Below are positions 34,501-47,378 of a stretch of DNA of 64,000 nucleotides, one piece after another; the first letter of the stretch is position 1; the number at the start of each line of letters is the position of its first letter. A program made the position numbers and the translations under genes. The stretch spans positions 1 to 64,000 of the forward strand of contig JAHLWZ010000802.1 of NCBI GenBank assembly GCA_020536535.1, written 5' to 3'. Origin of the DNA: Pelomyxa schiedti (Eukaryota > Protista > Evosea). Below the pieces are notes generated by a model. That model was not told where the DNA came from. It worked only from the letters and a program-made list of their open reading frames with translations, and ran no database searches.

Positions 34501-36625
34501 CTGTGGCTTTTGTTCAACAGGCGCTTTTTCCGCAATCATGGCAGCCTTTTCAGCCTTCTTATCGACTACGTCAGCTCTTTCTTTTGCATCCTCTGCCATT
34601 TTCTTTGCATCTTCAGCCAGATCGGGAAGAGGCACTGTCTCAGGAGGAACATGATCCATGAGATCCCTGACCAATTTTTTAGCTTTTTTGTGGGCGTGCT
34701 CTGCCTTGTCCTTTGCTTTCTTGGCTTTCTGTTGCGCGGGAATTGCGGCTAGATATGCAGGCTTGATCAACTCTCGAGTCTCACAATCAATAGGAACCTG
34801 CTTGGCTACCTGGTTCGCTTTCTTTGCTTCCTTCAAAGCACTATCAGCATGTTGCTCCTCTCTATCAGCTTTTTTGGCAATTTCCTCCTTCTGCTCAGGA
34901 GATAAATCCGAGTCCGGAATCTTTGGCAGTATCTCCCTTGCTTTATCACAGTACTTCTCAGCTTCTTTGCTATGTTTTCCGGCCTTCTTGGCATCGTGAC
35001 GAGCAATCCTAGCAGCCGCTAGAGCTTTTGGCTTGAGGTCTTCTTCGTCTGCGTCGGCAACCCCCTCAGCTAAGGCATCAGCACATTGTGATTCTGCCTG
35101 GTTTCCCATGTCAGCAGCTTTTCCAGCCTCCTTAGCTGCCTGACGACAAGCTTCCAGTTTGTCATCCATTACTGAGGGATCAATGACATCAGAGCCCAAC
35201 ACTTCCTGTAGATCATCTTCCACTTCTTCCGCCTGTTTCAATGCTAGGTCTGCAGTTTTTTGGGCTTCCAAAGCCTGCTTCTTCTTTTTGTTCAAATTGT
35301 TCTTCTTCTCTGGGTCTGTTGTTAATTTATCTGCTAACTTGCAGTCCTCCACAGCAGCCTCAGAGGAGCCCACTGCATCATGAGCGTCATCAACGGCCTT
35401 GGCAGCAAGCTCCTGAGCTAGTTCTGCAGGACTGATTTTTGGTGAAGCTGGACGAGGAGAGGGCAATTTCCGTGGCGATCTGGGCTTCCATACATGATCC
35501 GGACTAGGCAATGTGTCAAACAACAAGGGAAAAAAGATCAATGAAAGTACATTTTGGGGAACTCAATAGTTTCGCTTTCTTTTGTGAGATCCTTCTCCAA
35601 AGCTTTAATTGCTTCAGCAGTCGCCTTCATAAATAAGGTTAAAATATCGTCAAATGGGGCAGAGGTGGAGGACACACGTTCTTTGTCTCTGGAAGGGGAG
35701 CATTTTCAGGCAAGTCCCTTTTCAGGTTGTCCAGAAGACGAATAAGCCTACTTTCTGGGGAACCTTGTTTGTCCAGACACTCCAATTGACCTTCTAGAAC
35801 TTTTTTGGCAGCCAACGCCTCCTCTTTGTCTGGTCCATCCATAATTTTAAGGAACTCATCAATTGGCATGAAATCGTCAACCAGATTTCTCAACACATCT
35901 TGAGCAGCGTGCCTTACATCCGGATCAAGGTGGGGGTTGGAGCAAGTTTCTAAAAGAGGGAGTAGGGTCTTGTGCAGTCCATTTGGTCCCTCTTTGCCTA
36001 GTTCTTCCAAGTGTTTTAGAGCATCCATCTTTCAAAATTGTTAGATGAAGGAAATTGTGTGTACGTCGCACCAGCTGAGGTTTATCTGAAGATTTCACTA
36101 ACGCCTCGATTGCAGGTGCAGCTTCAGCCATTCGCTTTGGATCAGGCGGGGGGACACGTTCCAGATGGACAGTGACAACCATCTTGCTGATTTCCCAGGG
36201 ATAGTCATTATTTCCAGGGACTTCTTTTACCTAAAGCAGGGGTAAATAAAAAATGAATAAAGGGAAAAGTAAAAAAAAAGATATGCCAATAGGATACCCT
36301 GGAGTAAACAGGAATTTCACGCAATCTATTTTGGACAAGAGCAATACTATGTGTTTGTACGTCCGGGCCCAGTTGAACATTGTGGTTTAACATAAGACAT
36401 AGGTTATTGTTTTCAGTGTTGATAACCCAAGTGTATCGTTCTGAAGGAAAATTAGGACAATGAAAGAGAGCGAGCATTAAAATTATTTAAGCATATGAAT
36501 TGCGGAAAAGGGAATTCAGTACCAGGGGCGGAAAGTGGTTTTATGACTTGCTTGCATTCCGATTCTTTTTTTTTCAGTTCCGCCCGCAACTCCTCAATTT
36601 CTTGGAGTAATGATTCGGTAGTCAT
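31501..36625 (-). CDS. Large (~1500 aa) A/K/D/E-rich alpha-helical repeat protein of unknown function
   Basis: Long exons 33976-35541 and 31611-34067 encode amphipathic helices separated by Pro turns; ARM/HEAT-like N-terminal exons; spliced last exon ...QNQKLNLE* ends at 31501. Confidence 0.75.
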
Positions 36626-36902
36626 TTGCAGTGTGTTGTGAGTTATGCTCTCGTCCTTGGTTGTCGGGTTTTTTCTTTTAATTTCGCGCGGTACGGCCGC
36701 ACTGTTGAAGTCTTTTTGTTTTTTTTTGTTGTAGTTCTTTTCCGTTGAAGCCCCGTGTTTCCACGGGGCCGAAGATGAAATCGCGGAAAGAGAGTATGCT
36801 CCCACAATTAGGTTCTGATAACAGCGATGAAAAAGAAAGAAAGGAAGCGTAGCACGGGGGTTGACTGGGGGCAAGCCGCTTGCTTTGTTTGTTTTTTTTT
36901 AT

Positions 36903-38307
36903 TTACATCCTAAAGATTTGTACAACAGAGGTAACAGGTTCTCTACAAAATGGGCACTGTGAGGTCTTGCTCATTATAGCTTTGGCACAAGAACAGCAGA
37001 GTCCCATGTGACCACAGGGAGCAAATGCACTAGTTGTGGTTGGTGGAAGAAAAAACCTAACAGGCAAGGAAAGAGTTGTATACCTGTTTACTGTTGCCAA
37101 GCAGCACACAACACAGGCATCGTTGGTCTTGTGGTGCAACCTTCTGCTTCTGATTGCATGAACACCCTTTGAATGGAATGGTTTTGGTTTAAGGCTGGAA
37201 GAACTTGTCACACTATTTGTCAGAGAGACTGGTGTGTTGCTGTTGATACTGAGCCTGCTCAAGGATTCACTGGTACCTTCTACTTGGGGAGCGGAAACTG
37301 GTCTAGACTCCACAATGGAAGTTGTTGAGGAGTGATTCTGTGATGGAGGTGGTTGTGAAACTGTGGAGAGCGCTGAAATGGATGTGTGGTTGGCTCGTGA
37401 CAAGTTGCTATCAGTTGAATTTGTATTCACAGTCACGTGGGTAGTTGTGGGGCTGGCAGAGACAGGGTCCAGCAGTGCGTGGGTTGTTTCCGGTGCTGCT
37501 GCATGCTGTACAGTGCCATCCCCACTCCCATCTGGTGCAGTGGGTTGTGGTGGTGAAAGCCTTCCATCTCCAGTGTTCTCCGGCTCAGCTGCAACAACAA
37601 TATGGAGTACATTGTCAGGGGCGTTTCCAGTCACATCGGCAGGTTCTCCTTCCACTGTGGCGGGCTCTCCGGTATTAATGGCTGCATCTTGAGAGACCAG
37701 TGCATCTGATGCACCCAGCTCAGTCAAGTCCATTACACCAACTGCACCCATTCCCATTATCATTCCCTCACTTCTCCGCATATACTCCAGCATCTCATCA
37801 ACCAAGTCGTCAAGCTTGATATCAAGAGTAGTAGGGTGGCCAGCCCATCTCTGATGTATATACTCTTGCACGCGATTGTCTGGAAAGCCCATTTCAACAA
37901 GATGCCTTCTAGCATCTTCAACAGTTAGTTAGTTTTCGTAGAGAATAGAAAATAATGAAAGGTTACCTTCTTGGTTTAAATTTGAAGGGTGGCAAATAGT
38001 ACATTCACGAGGAACTCTGTTGTGAGGACACATTCCACCCGTCGTAGAAGTACTGAGAAGCTCCTCCTGAAACGGACCAATATCAGGAATGTCGGGAGTA
38101 TACCCCGTTCTATTTTACATTTTAAGAACCACTAGCTGAAAAAGTAACTATGTTTTCATGAAATAACAGTCGCAAAAGTGGCCGATACCTGAGCGCAGAG
38201 CGAGAAGCAAATGTACTCGCGTTGCCTGACCTCATTTTGGGGTAGTTGTGCCTCCTTGTGTGGACGTGGTGCCTCTCGTGGGGTGACTTGGTCACCACGC
38301 ACCCCAT
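36903..38307 (-). CDS. UBA + C-terminal RING-HC E3 ubiquitin ligase
   Basis: N-terminal MGC (acylation-type motif); LVEMGFP UBA signature; CVVC...PCGH..CCSCA...CPFCR...VVQIF RING of the IAP/Mind-bomb type. Confidence 0.85.
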
Positions 38308-38661
38308 ATTTGTGTATCAGTGTGTAACTTTCTGTGTTAGGTGACACAGACAAACAAGCAGCAACGAGAATAGAAGAGCACGGTTCTTCACGTGATGATG
38401 ATTTAGTTGCAGCTGAAGAACAAAGGTGCCTTCCTGGAAAAGGCCCACGATGGAAATTGGTCCCAACAGGGGCGAAAGTGAGACGAAGGATTCACACTTC
38501 GTGGTTTCTGGAAACCAAGAAAAAAAGTCCGGCCGGGGTTTTGTTGTTGTAAACTGTCAAGTGGCACCGACATTTTGCAGATCTGACACAACTCATCAAA
38601 AAACTGAAAGCCGGTGGTGCTGTGAACAAGCCGGTGTCGCGTCAAAGTTCTTTCTTGTTGA

Positions 38662-41292
38662 ATGCCTAAGAAAACAGCTCATAACAATAACAAACAAGTT
38701 CAACACAATGGTGTTGTTGCGCACCATCACGCCGTAGATCCTCATGTTTCACACGCGACTGTGAACAACAAATCTGGGGCCGCTACGAACACGCAGAGCT
38801 ACGGCAAAAAGACAACTGTGACACCCAAGCCAACGACCACTACAACGACGACTACGACTACTACGAGCACAAACACAAATGCAAAACCGAGTGAGATCTC
38901 AGCACATACAAAACTTGAGCAGAGGAAAGGTCGTGGGTGCCCTGTGGCGTGTTGGGTGCTGCTCGGAGTTTTGGTTGGTATCACCTTGGCACTGGTTTAC
39001 TTGAGCCTGTATCCCAGTGAGTACTTGGACAGCAATCCATACACTTCTCCTGTTACAAACGTACTGGCCGGTGTTGTCTCCCTTATGCCTGCATTTGCCG
39101 CCAGGGATGTTGGTGCGAGTGTTGTGGGTGCAAAAGATCTGAATTCCACCATTATGCAACAACTGGGAAATATGCTGAGCCAACAAAAGCTTTACGACAT
39201 GTTAGGATTGGAGCTATCTGTTGTCTCCCCGGTTTCTCCTATTACCTTCCACCCCATTTCCTTATACTCCATAGGGTTACAAACCACGGTACCCAGTTGT
39301 ATTTGTACCTGGAGCAATTTCCACAGGCCTGGAGCTGTGGCAGGGGAAAGATTGCGCCAAACGCTACTTCAGACAACGCATGTGGGGTACGTTGACCATG
39401 ATGGAAAGTGTGCTTTTACAAAGCAAATGCTGGTTTTTAACAATTAGCTTTACATTTTATTTTAACCTTTCATGAAGGATTGAGCACTTGATGCTTGACC
39501 CAGTCACTGGGTTAGATCCTGATGGTGTGAAATTGCGCCCTGCTATGGGAATGGAAGCTGCTGATTACTTAGTACCGGGATACTGGGTAGTAGAGCGTAG
39601 ATCTTTTTCTTTCTTTCTCAAACATTTTTAATTAATTTTCTTCTCCCAGATTTGGGGGAAAATCATTGAAGCCCTTGCAGATGTAGGATACGATAGCAAT
39701 AATATGTTTATGTGGGGATATGACTGGCGCCTTCACTTTGAAAACATAGAAGTGAGGGATGCCGTGAGTACAATTAAAACCTTGGTTTCATTCTTACACA
39801 ATGCAGGGCCTTACGAAGCTTAAAATGGTACTTACTCAGCTCAATGATATCTTTAAATAAGATAACCCAAGACGTTTTATTGCTTGTATAAAACTCCAGA
39901 TGATAGAAATGGCGAAGTCTGTTCAACGTGAACGAGTGGTCCTACTTGCTCACAGCATGGGATCTCCCCTTCTATTTTATTTCTTCAAATGGGTTGAGAG
40001 CCCTCTGGGTGGCAGTAAGTGTGTAACGTAATATTCCCAAGTTAAGTATATTCCAGACGGAGGACCCAACTGGGTGAATGATCATGTCCATGCGTTCATC
40101 AACATTGGAGGCGCCTTCCTTGGTGCCCCAAAATCTGTTAGTGCTTTATTCTCGGGAGAGATGAGAGATACTGCACACCTAGGCCCATTACAAGGCTATC
40201 TCGTAGACAGCTTAATTTCCAAAGTGCAAAGGCGAGAGCTTTTTCACTCATGGGGAAGTCTTGGTGCTTTGATGCCCAGGGTAAGGATAAAGGGGAGCGA
40301 GGGAAAAGACTAAAAGGGGAAAAAGGGAGGAAATGCCATATGGGGTAATCTTACACATGCACCCGATGACTCCACAAACGGGTTGATGACTAATGGTAGA
40401 ATGTTTAGATTTGATCATAATAACACCTATCTGTCAATGGACGAAGTGCGATGTCCAAATAATTGGCATGGGAATTTCACACAATACTAGGTTGTAAATT
40501 TACTCATGACTGTGCCGCTTCTGAAGCAGTCCTTATCCAAGTAATATATCAAGAAAACTGCCTATTCCAATATCCACAAGATATTCTTTTGGATCAAAAT
40601 TCGAACCCTACATGGAAAATAATCCCTCTTATTGGAGCAACCCACTTGAAGCACCCCTACCCAATGCACCTGATATGACTGTTTACTGTTTGTATGGTGT
40701 TGGAAAGAGCACTGAAAGAGCGTATGTTTTCGATTTGTTAATCTGTTTCCAAAATTTCTCCAGGTATCACTATCACCACGACGGGTCACCACAGGGGGAA
40801 GTCATAAACTACAAGTGTGTATTTTGCCCCTATGACAGTAACAAACAATTGTTTATTTCTTGTAGAGTTTTTAACTCCACTGCGAGGGTGTTCTCAGGTG
40901 TCCAAGATGTGGATGGAGATGGAACCATACCACTAATCAGTTTGGGGTACCCTTTATTATTTATTTCTAAGATTTGGGTTAATTTCTTGCACAGGTATAT
41001 GTGTGTGAAGGGATGGCCGGACAATGATGTCTTGAATCCAGGAAGGTCTCCAGTTGTTACTAAAGAGTGTATGTACTTCTATTCTATGTTATGTACCTGA
41101 GAGACCACAGATCAACACCTTCCCGCTGCCTTGAACATTAGAGGAGGCTACTCCACAGGAGACCATGTTGACATCATGGGCAACCGACAGCTCCTCACCG
41201 ACATTTTACACGTTGTTGCCGATCACGAGTACAACGTGCAAAGCACTATTCTTTCTGATTTGCTCAACATGGTAAACAAGGTCCAACTCTAA
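38662..41292 (+). CDS. LRO1: Phospholipid:diacylglycerol acyltransferase (PDAT/LRO1)
   Basis: N-terminal TM; PVVFVPGAISTGLELW, FRQRMWG, LDPVTGLDP, YDWRL, AHSMG, FFKWVES, LFSGEMRDT, WSNPLE..LPNAPDM, DGDGTIP, DHVDIMGN. Confidence 0.95.
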
Positions 41293-41334
41293 TAAAAAAA
41301 GAACTGGTACTCGTTTTCTTTCTTTCATTTTGTA

Positions 41335-43580
41335 TGATGAAGGGTGCCAGAAAGACCAGATACTTCGATTGACTGTGTTGGTGGGATTCGTGCTTGGCGT
41401 GGTGATGTCGGTGCTATTGTGTACGATAGGAGATCAGAGCAATTGGGTGCCATAAAGACCAACCTTCACAGTTTTGCCATCTGTCTTGATTACAGGAGAA
41501 GAGGCATCCGCATCGAACTTGGACAGGTTGGCAAACGGGGAACGGCCAACTCCCACAAGTACTATCGATATCGGGGGTGCACTTGCTCGAATAATCGCTC
41601 TGTTTGTGGCTGTATTGATAAGTTGTTGTTTGGTCAGTACTTTGATAGAGAAAGTAGAGAAACAAGAGACTGATGCACACCGGGGATGCGGAACCCGTCT
41701 CCATCAATGAAGAAGCATAGAACCATGTACTCAAAAGTAGCGGTGATCCTGTGCTCTCCATTCCATATCCCAGCCGTGAGCAGAGCCCATATCACCAAGA
41801 GTGACATGGGGACGGGCCTTGTGGTATGCCTTCAGAACACCCTTGATACCTTTTTTGCACGCTCCATCTGCTTGACCCATCTCAAAGAAGGGTGGGAAGT
41901 CGTTGTGGTAAGCACCACCATATCCGTACCTACAATATTTTCAGTCTTAGAGAAAAGGAAAATGAGTACTACAAATATTGTCTGGCGTGTAGGACTTCAA
42001 CACCTGTTGGCCAACAGCACTTATACACGTTTCATACTAGATTTTAACGGGGAAGATAAAAACACTTAGAAACGGTCAAAAACAATCTTTGCCTTACCGG
42101 ATTTGGGTGCTCTCCAATGTTATGCATAGCACCGTTTGAGGATGTCATATCCAAAACCATCCAGGGCATCATTTTCATTCCACACCCCAGAGCTTGTAGA
42201 AAGGTGGAAGTTGGGAGTATCTTGGGGTAACTTGGATCAGAATTTGTCACAATTGGATGAGTAATCATGGGTAGAACCCCCGCTGCCATAAGGCGTCTAT
42301 ATTTAACCGTCTTGGAAACCACAACCTTCACCTACAGGTTTTTTTCGTGCGCGTTAGAGCAGGCATATAATAAGTGAACACACTGTTCCAGCTGAGGATG
42401 AACCCCGCTTAGGGTGCTGGATGGGTACAACTTTTTCCATACGTCCTCCTGGTGCAAGATTGTTGTAGTCTGTTATGGTGAAAGGGAAAGGAGCCGTTCC
42501 AAGAGGGTCATCCTTGAGAGGATCATGATCAAAAAGCTGGATAAGACCACCACCAGCTTGTGAAAATTAGTGTCTTGATTCTGGTGAGATCAACTGTACC
42601 AGCAGATCCAGGAAGCACTTCATAGGGCTTCCAAACAGGATTCAAAGTCTTTTTTATATACTTGCTTTTTAGTATCACAGTACCAGCAGAGTTTTTCCAA
42701 ACTTGATAAGTCACGTTTATGTTGTAAAGAAAATTACACTACACACTGAAGTAGGGGTCTGAGGTCCCTCCAGAGTCGGCCGCAATTAAATCTTGTGGGA
42801 AAGGGAATAAGCCATAGGACAACAAAACTTACCCACCTTGAGCACTTATTTGAATCGTGGTGTCGCTCTCAATTTGCCTATGGCATGTTATGTAGGGACC
42901 AACGAAAACACAAAGGTACCATTGAGGCATACGATAGTCCTCCTTGATGGCTCTCACATCCAGATGTGGGATGAAGGAAACGCCAGGCGGTGGAACACGC
43001 TTGGTGAGATCCAATGCAGTAACAAGAAGTTGTCCAGGAGCCACGGCTGGGTACTGCTTTTGCATGATGACCTTTCCTGATGGTTTTGTAAACTGCAACG
43101 GTGGAAGGGGTCCGTCGACGTGCTGTTAAAAACGAATGACTGTGAGATGTACCATAAAGTATAAACACACTGCAATAACTAAGGAAAAAGCGAACCTATC
43201 AGAGAGAGTGTGTACGAGAGCAAAAAAAGCAAAAACCCAAAAAATAACACAAAACACAGACTTGGTGCAGCTTCAAAAATTGAGGACACCATGTCGACTC
43301 TGAACAGCTTCTGGGCCGTTTCGAACGCGTACTGCGTAGGCACGGGGACTGAGAATTTCATGAATCTCGCCGCATCGGGTGCAGAAGGAGGCGGTGGAGG
43401 CAGTGAATTCCACTCGGTTTCACCGAGTCAGACTGGTGGCCCTGGTGGATTTTTATTGCCAGCTGCGTAAACTACAACCTGAGGAGTTGGAGTGTTGTTA
43501 CAGCACGACATTGTAAGAGACATGACAACGTTGGAAGATATAGTACGTGCAAAAGAACAAGTGCAAGACACAGCCGGCAT
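41335..43580 (-). pseudogene. Copine-like gene (C2-C2-vWA) with an in-frame TGA and a frameshift
   Basis: C2A (SLTMSC...PQVVVY...*LGETE...YAFETAQKL), C2B (DSGGTSDPY, KKTLNPVW, FDHD), vWA (LDMTSSNG, YETCISAVG, YMVLCFFIDG, PISIVLVGVG). TGA at 43428-43430 and a frame change near 41796. Confidence 0.75.
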
Positions 43581-43961
43581 TGTTGGTTTCGGTTTTGAAC
43601 GGGCCGTGGTTTCGGAAGAAAACAAATTGGACTCTTCTTCGAGGAAAAAATCCGAAACCGAGTGAACATCAGTCGAATTGATGGTTAGTGCCGTTTTGTG
43701 CGTTCCAGCCACTTCGCCATCTTGCCACTGATTGACAGTAAAGAGGTCCCGTATGGCCTCGTGCCGGAGACAGATCCGGTCTGTAAGATTGGTCAATTTG
43801 GTTTACAAAAAACCAAAGAACACACTTGTGCATTGATTCGGAAGATGTATGGCTCGGATTTGTACAAATATGTGACGAAGTGAATGGGGAAATGCACGAG
43901 AATCGCCTTGGGGTTCATAAAAACAGCAAAACACGAAAACTTGTTGTGTGTGGATGATATT

Positions 43962-46900
43962 TTATTTTGGGTTTAGTACCAAATAGGATCGTAGGGAGCA
44001 TACGTTTCGCCAATAAGGAGGGTTGGTCTTAAGAGCAAAGTTTTTGCACTCGGTGTCTACTTCTTCTTTTAGTTCAGTTTTAACCATATTCCAGGCATCA
44101 GCCAAGCTTACTCCAACTTTCCCTCTATCAATTGGGGGATATTCCTGGCCTTTGGGTAAGACAATATTGGTGCTCCGGAGCATACCGAGGAGAAATTGAA
44201 CAGCACAGGGTCCTGGGAGTAAATTGTCCGCTTTTTTTTGCTGCTTTCAGCACCTTGTTTCTGAGTGTGCCTGTTTTGGGGTACAGATTTGGAGTGGGGA
44301 GGTTTAGAGGATGCGATATCTTCTGGTACATCCCATTCATATATGACCCCAGATGTCTTTTGGAGAGGTGAGTTCCGTAAAGCAAGGAATGAATTATTCT
44401 TAACGTTTGCTACGTGAATTATGTCCAGGTTCCAGTCACTCAAATCTTTGTCAATGAGAGATTTCTCTTCCACATTAGCATCTGCGCATGTGTAGAGGTT
44501 GTAACACTGGTTCACAGTGAGTCATTATTGGTATTAGGAATAAAACCTTTGGAAAGAAGACTCTATCGTGCGCTTGCCATTGATTTTCACTTGTACTGTA
44601 AATGTCGATGTTCCAGACACCTTGAATTGAACAACTATTTGAGAGTGAGAGATTTTTATAAAAATCGACTACCTGAAGACCCAGAATGGAACAAGGCGTT
44701 CAATCTAAGAAAACTTTACAAATTATGTGGGCTATGGAACTAACGTGTTCGAGAACTGCCACTTGTTGTAAGAGGCTTTTTTTTAGTGAGAAATGAAAGG
44801 TTGCATAAACGTATGTACTCTGAAGGAGCAAGCCATAAATTGGAAAGCCACTTGTGTAGAATCTCAGATATACGCGAATCTATCACCTGTGGATATAAAT
44901 ACTGAAGGAAAAAAAACCAGATGAGTGAGACCACGAATCATTATGGTACCATGAGAGCTGACTGATCGGCAACAACAAATTCTGTTACAATAGGTGGACG
45001 GGCAGTTGAAACAGAAGTTTCTACCACCTCGGGAATCTTTGTTAAGGCCAGATCAGGTTCTACTTGCCAGTTAGAAAATGGGAGCAGATGAGAGGTTACC
45101 TGGAGTAGATGCATTTTGGTTTATAACTGGTTTTTCCAGTGTGCACAACAAAAGGTGAGATGAGGAAGATGTAGGTGGCACCAATGCCGATGCCCTTCTT
45201 ATCAACGTGCCCAGATCGGAATCCATAACATTTTGTATATGCTTTCTCCACAGAATATCAGATACAACTTCAGGAAAGGTTGTTTCATGGTGAATGCCTC
45301 GGGTAAAATCAATGTCGGTTGTCGTGAATGTTGGGCTTCCTGCTAGAATCGCGAGCAGTCTCGTTTTTTCTTCAGAGGTTATAGCTGCAGTGGGAGTGAC
45401 TGAGTGGTTTTGTGGTGAACCTTTGGATGTGCCGCATGAGGCTTCGGTTGGTGAAAGAGTACTGTCTTCCTTTCCATCGGTAATTAAAGTTTGGATGTAA
45501 TACAGGAGCAACAAAGCAGGTGAAAAGTATGGCTCCACTTCCAGAGCTTCCCGAAGAGTAGCTATGCTCTGCTCCAAGGAAGACCCACATTGAAGCTGGC
45601 ATATTGACTTCAGTGTACATAGCCCGGCATCTACAACAGTTAAGGGCTCAATATACTTGTAGAACATTAGTTGTTCTCTTTCATCAGGGACATCTAGAGT
45701 ACTCAAGCGTTCTGCCGCAGACAATAGAGAAAGTCTTTTTCCAGGGTCACATTGCAGCAACTCACAAACAAGTGCAGAGAAACCACTTGGGAATTCCGGT
45801 AATATTACAGGGAGAAAATCCTCAATGGAGAAAGATATCTCCCCACTTGGACCGTACGCCGACGGGTATTCGCCTAGAGGGTGTTTGTGCATGACAAGTT
45901 CGTATAGAAGGCATCCCAGCTCAAAAGAGGGTTGCTTTGTATTGTAGAACCATTATTCAGAAATATTTAGGATTTTAAATCACTTTTTCACATTTCAAGA
46001 TAGCATTGTGGACTGGATCTTGCCTGTAGTGTGCCTTGCCATTTAAAATTTCTGGAGCAATGTGTTCTTGGTTCCCAATATCTATGGAAGATGTATCTCT
46101 CTCATAAGTGCCACCAAATTTTCCAGCACATCCCAAGTCAATCATGACCACATGTTCTTTGTTCTTTTTTTATATATATACATAGAGTCTATATTGAGAA
46201 GTAACATACAGAAGACAAAACAATATTATCCAGTTTGACATCAAAGTGGATAATGCTATTCTGGAACATATGCACAATGGCGGCACATACATCCCTTGAG
46301 TACTTGTAAACAATACCCCAGGGGGTTGGGACTGGTAGGCTTTGAAGAAGAGTTTTCAGTGTCTCAGTATGATACTCAAGTACAATCCAGACATGTGCGT
46401 GATATTTTTTCTCTGCTGAATTGTATGCATATTCCTTTGGCATAGGTGGAAGGTGTACATAGTACTCTTCTGGGATTCTATCTGTGAAATGGCAAAAATA
46501 TCGGTTGATGTTTGGGTGTGGTGGAAGTGTTGAAGAGATAAGGTATTCATTCTAGTGAAAAAAGTCAGCTGAAGAAGCTAAAGCAGGCTCACCTCAAAGG
46601 GATTCCTGTCAGTTCCCACAAGGTATTTATTCTGGTTCCCATAATTGAATGGTACCTTGAGTACATATGATTGCTCCCTGAAGAACTCAGGGTGCCCCTC
46701 CCCAATACACTTCACCTCAAATACAATCCCTACAAAAGAATGAGATAATCAGCCACACTTGACTCCCCATTATTTATTTTAACTTTTGTTTTTGTTTTTC
46801 TTTTGCAAGTGCCTCAATGAGGCACTACCATTGCAGCCATGAGCGATCGGCCTCACGAGCCTGAAGTTTTTTACAACAATGAGGCTCTCGGTCGCCAATG

Positions 46901-47108
46901 CGACGTTTGCAGCCCGAGCAGCCGCGCTCAAGCCAGTAAAGTACTCCTCGCGCCGCCTCTGCGCGCCCTCGTACGCCTCGTGGCCCACCACGCTGGGCTT
47001 CCTGCAGGGTTTTGGCCCCCTGGGGCGACCTCCTGCCCCGCGGTCCCCCCCGCTTCGGGGTGTCCCATTGGCCCCCGGTTCGCCCTGAGGCCCCGTGGTA
47101 TTGCCCAT
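43962..47108 (-). CDS. PINK1-like Ser/Thr kinase with a long C-terminal extension
   Basis: MGNTTG myristoylation-type start; RPIAHGCNG|IVFEV, VLKVPFNY, HPNI, HFDVKLDNIV, IDLG, GNQEHIAPE, FELGCLLYEL, LLQCDPGKR. Confidence 0.85.
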
Positions 47109-47378
47109 CACTGCCCAAAAACAAAACAGGAACGTGATTTCGGAGAAACGAACAACGAGATTGTTTGGGCTAACGAATCATGGCAGGTAAGTGTGACCTG
47201 AGGCGGGACTGCGAATCCAACCAACCAACCAACCAACCAACTTACACAACCAACCAACCCAACAGATAGGAGGAACGAGCAGGCGACGGGGACGGTCTCG
47301 CCCTCAGGGCCCTCTCCCTCTCCCTCGCCCACCCCAACGTCTCCCCTCCCCTCCCCCGGGGGAGCATCCTCGGCGTCG

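Noticed and set aside
43428-43430. Genome-wide UGA reassignment
   Set aside because: TGA serves as a normal stop in intact genes (3201, 15943, 50497), and the copine also has a frameshift.
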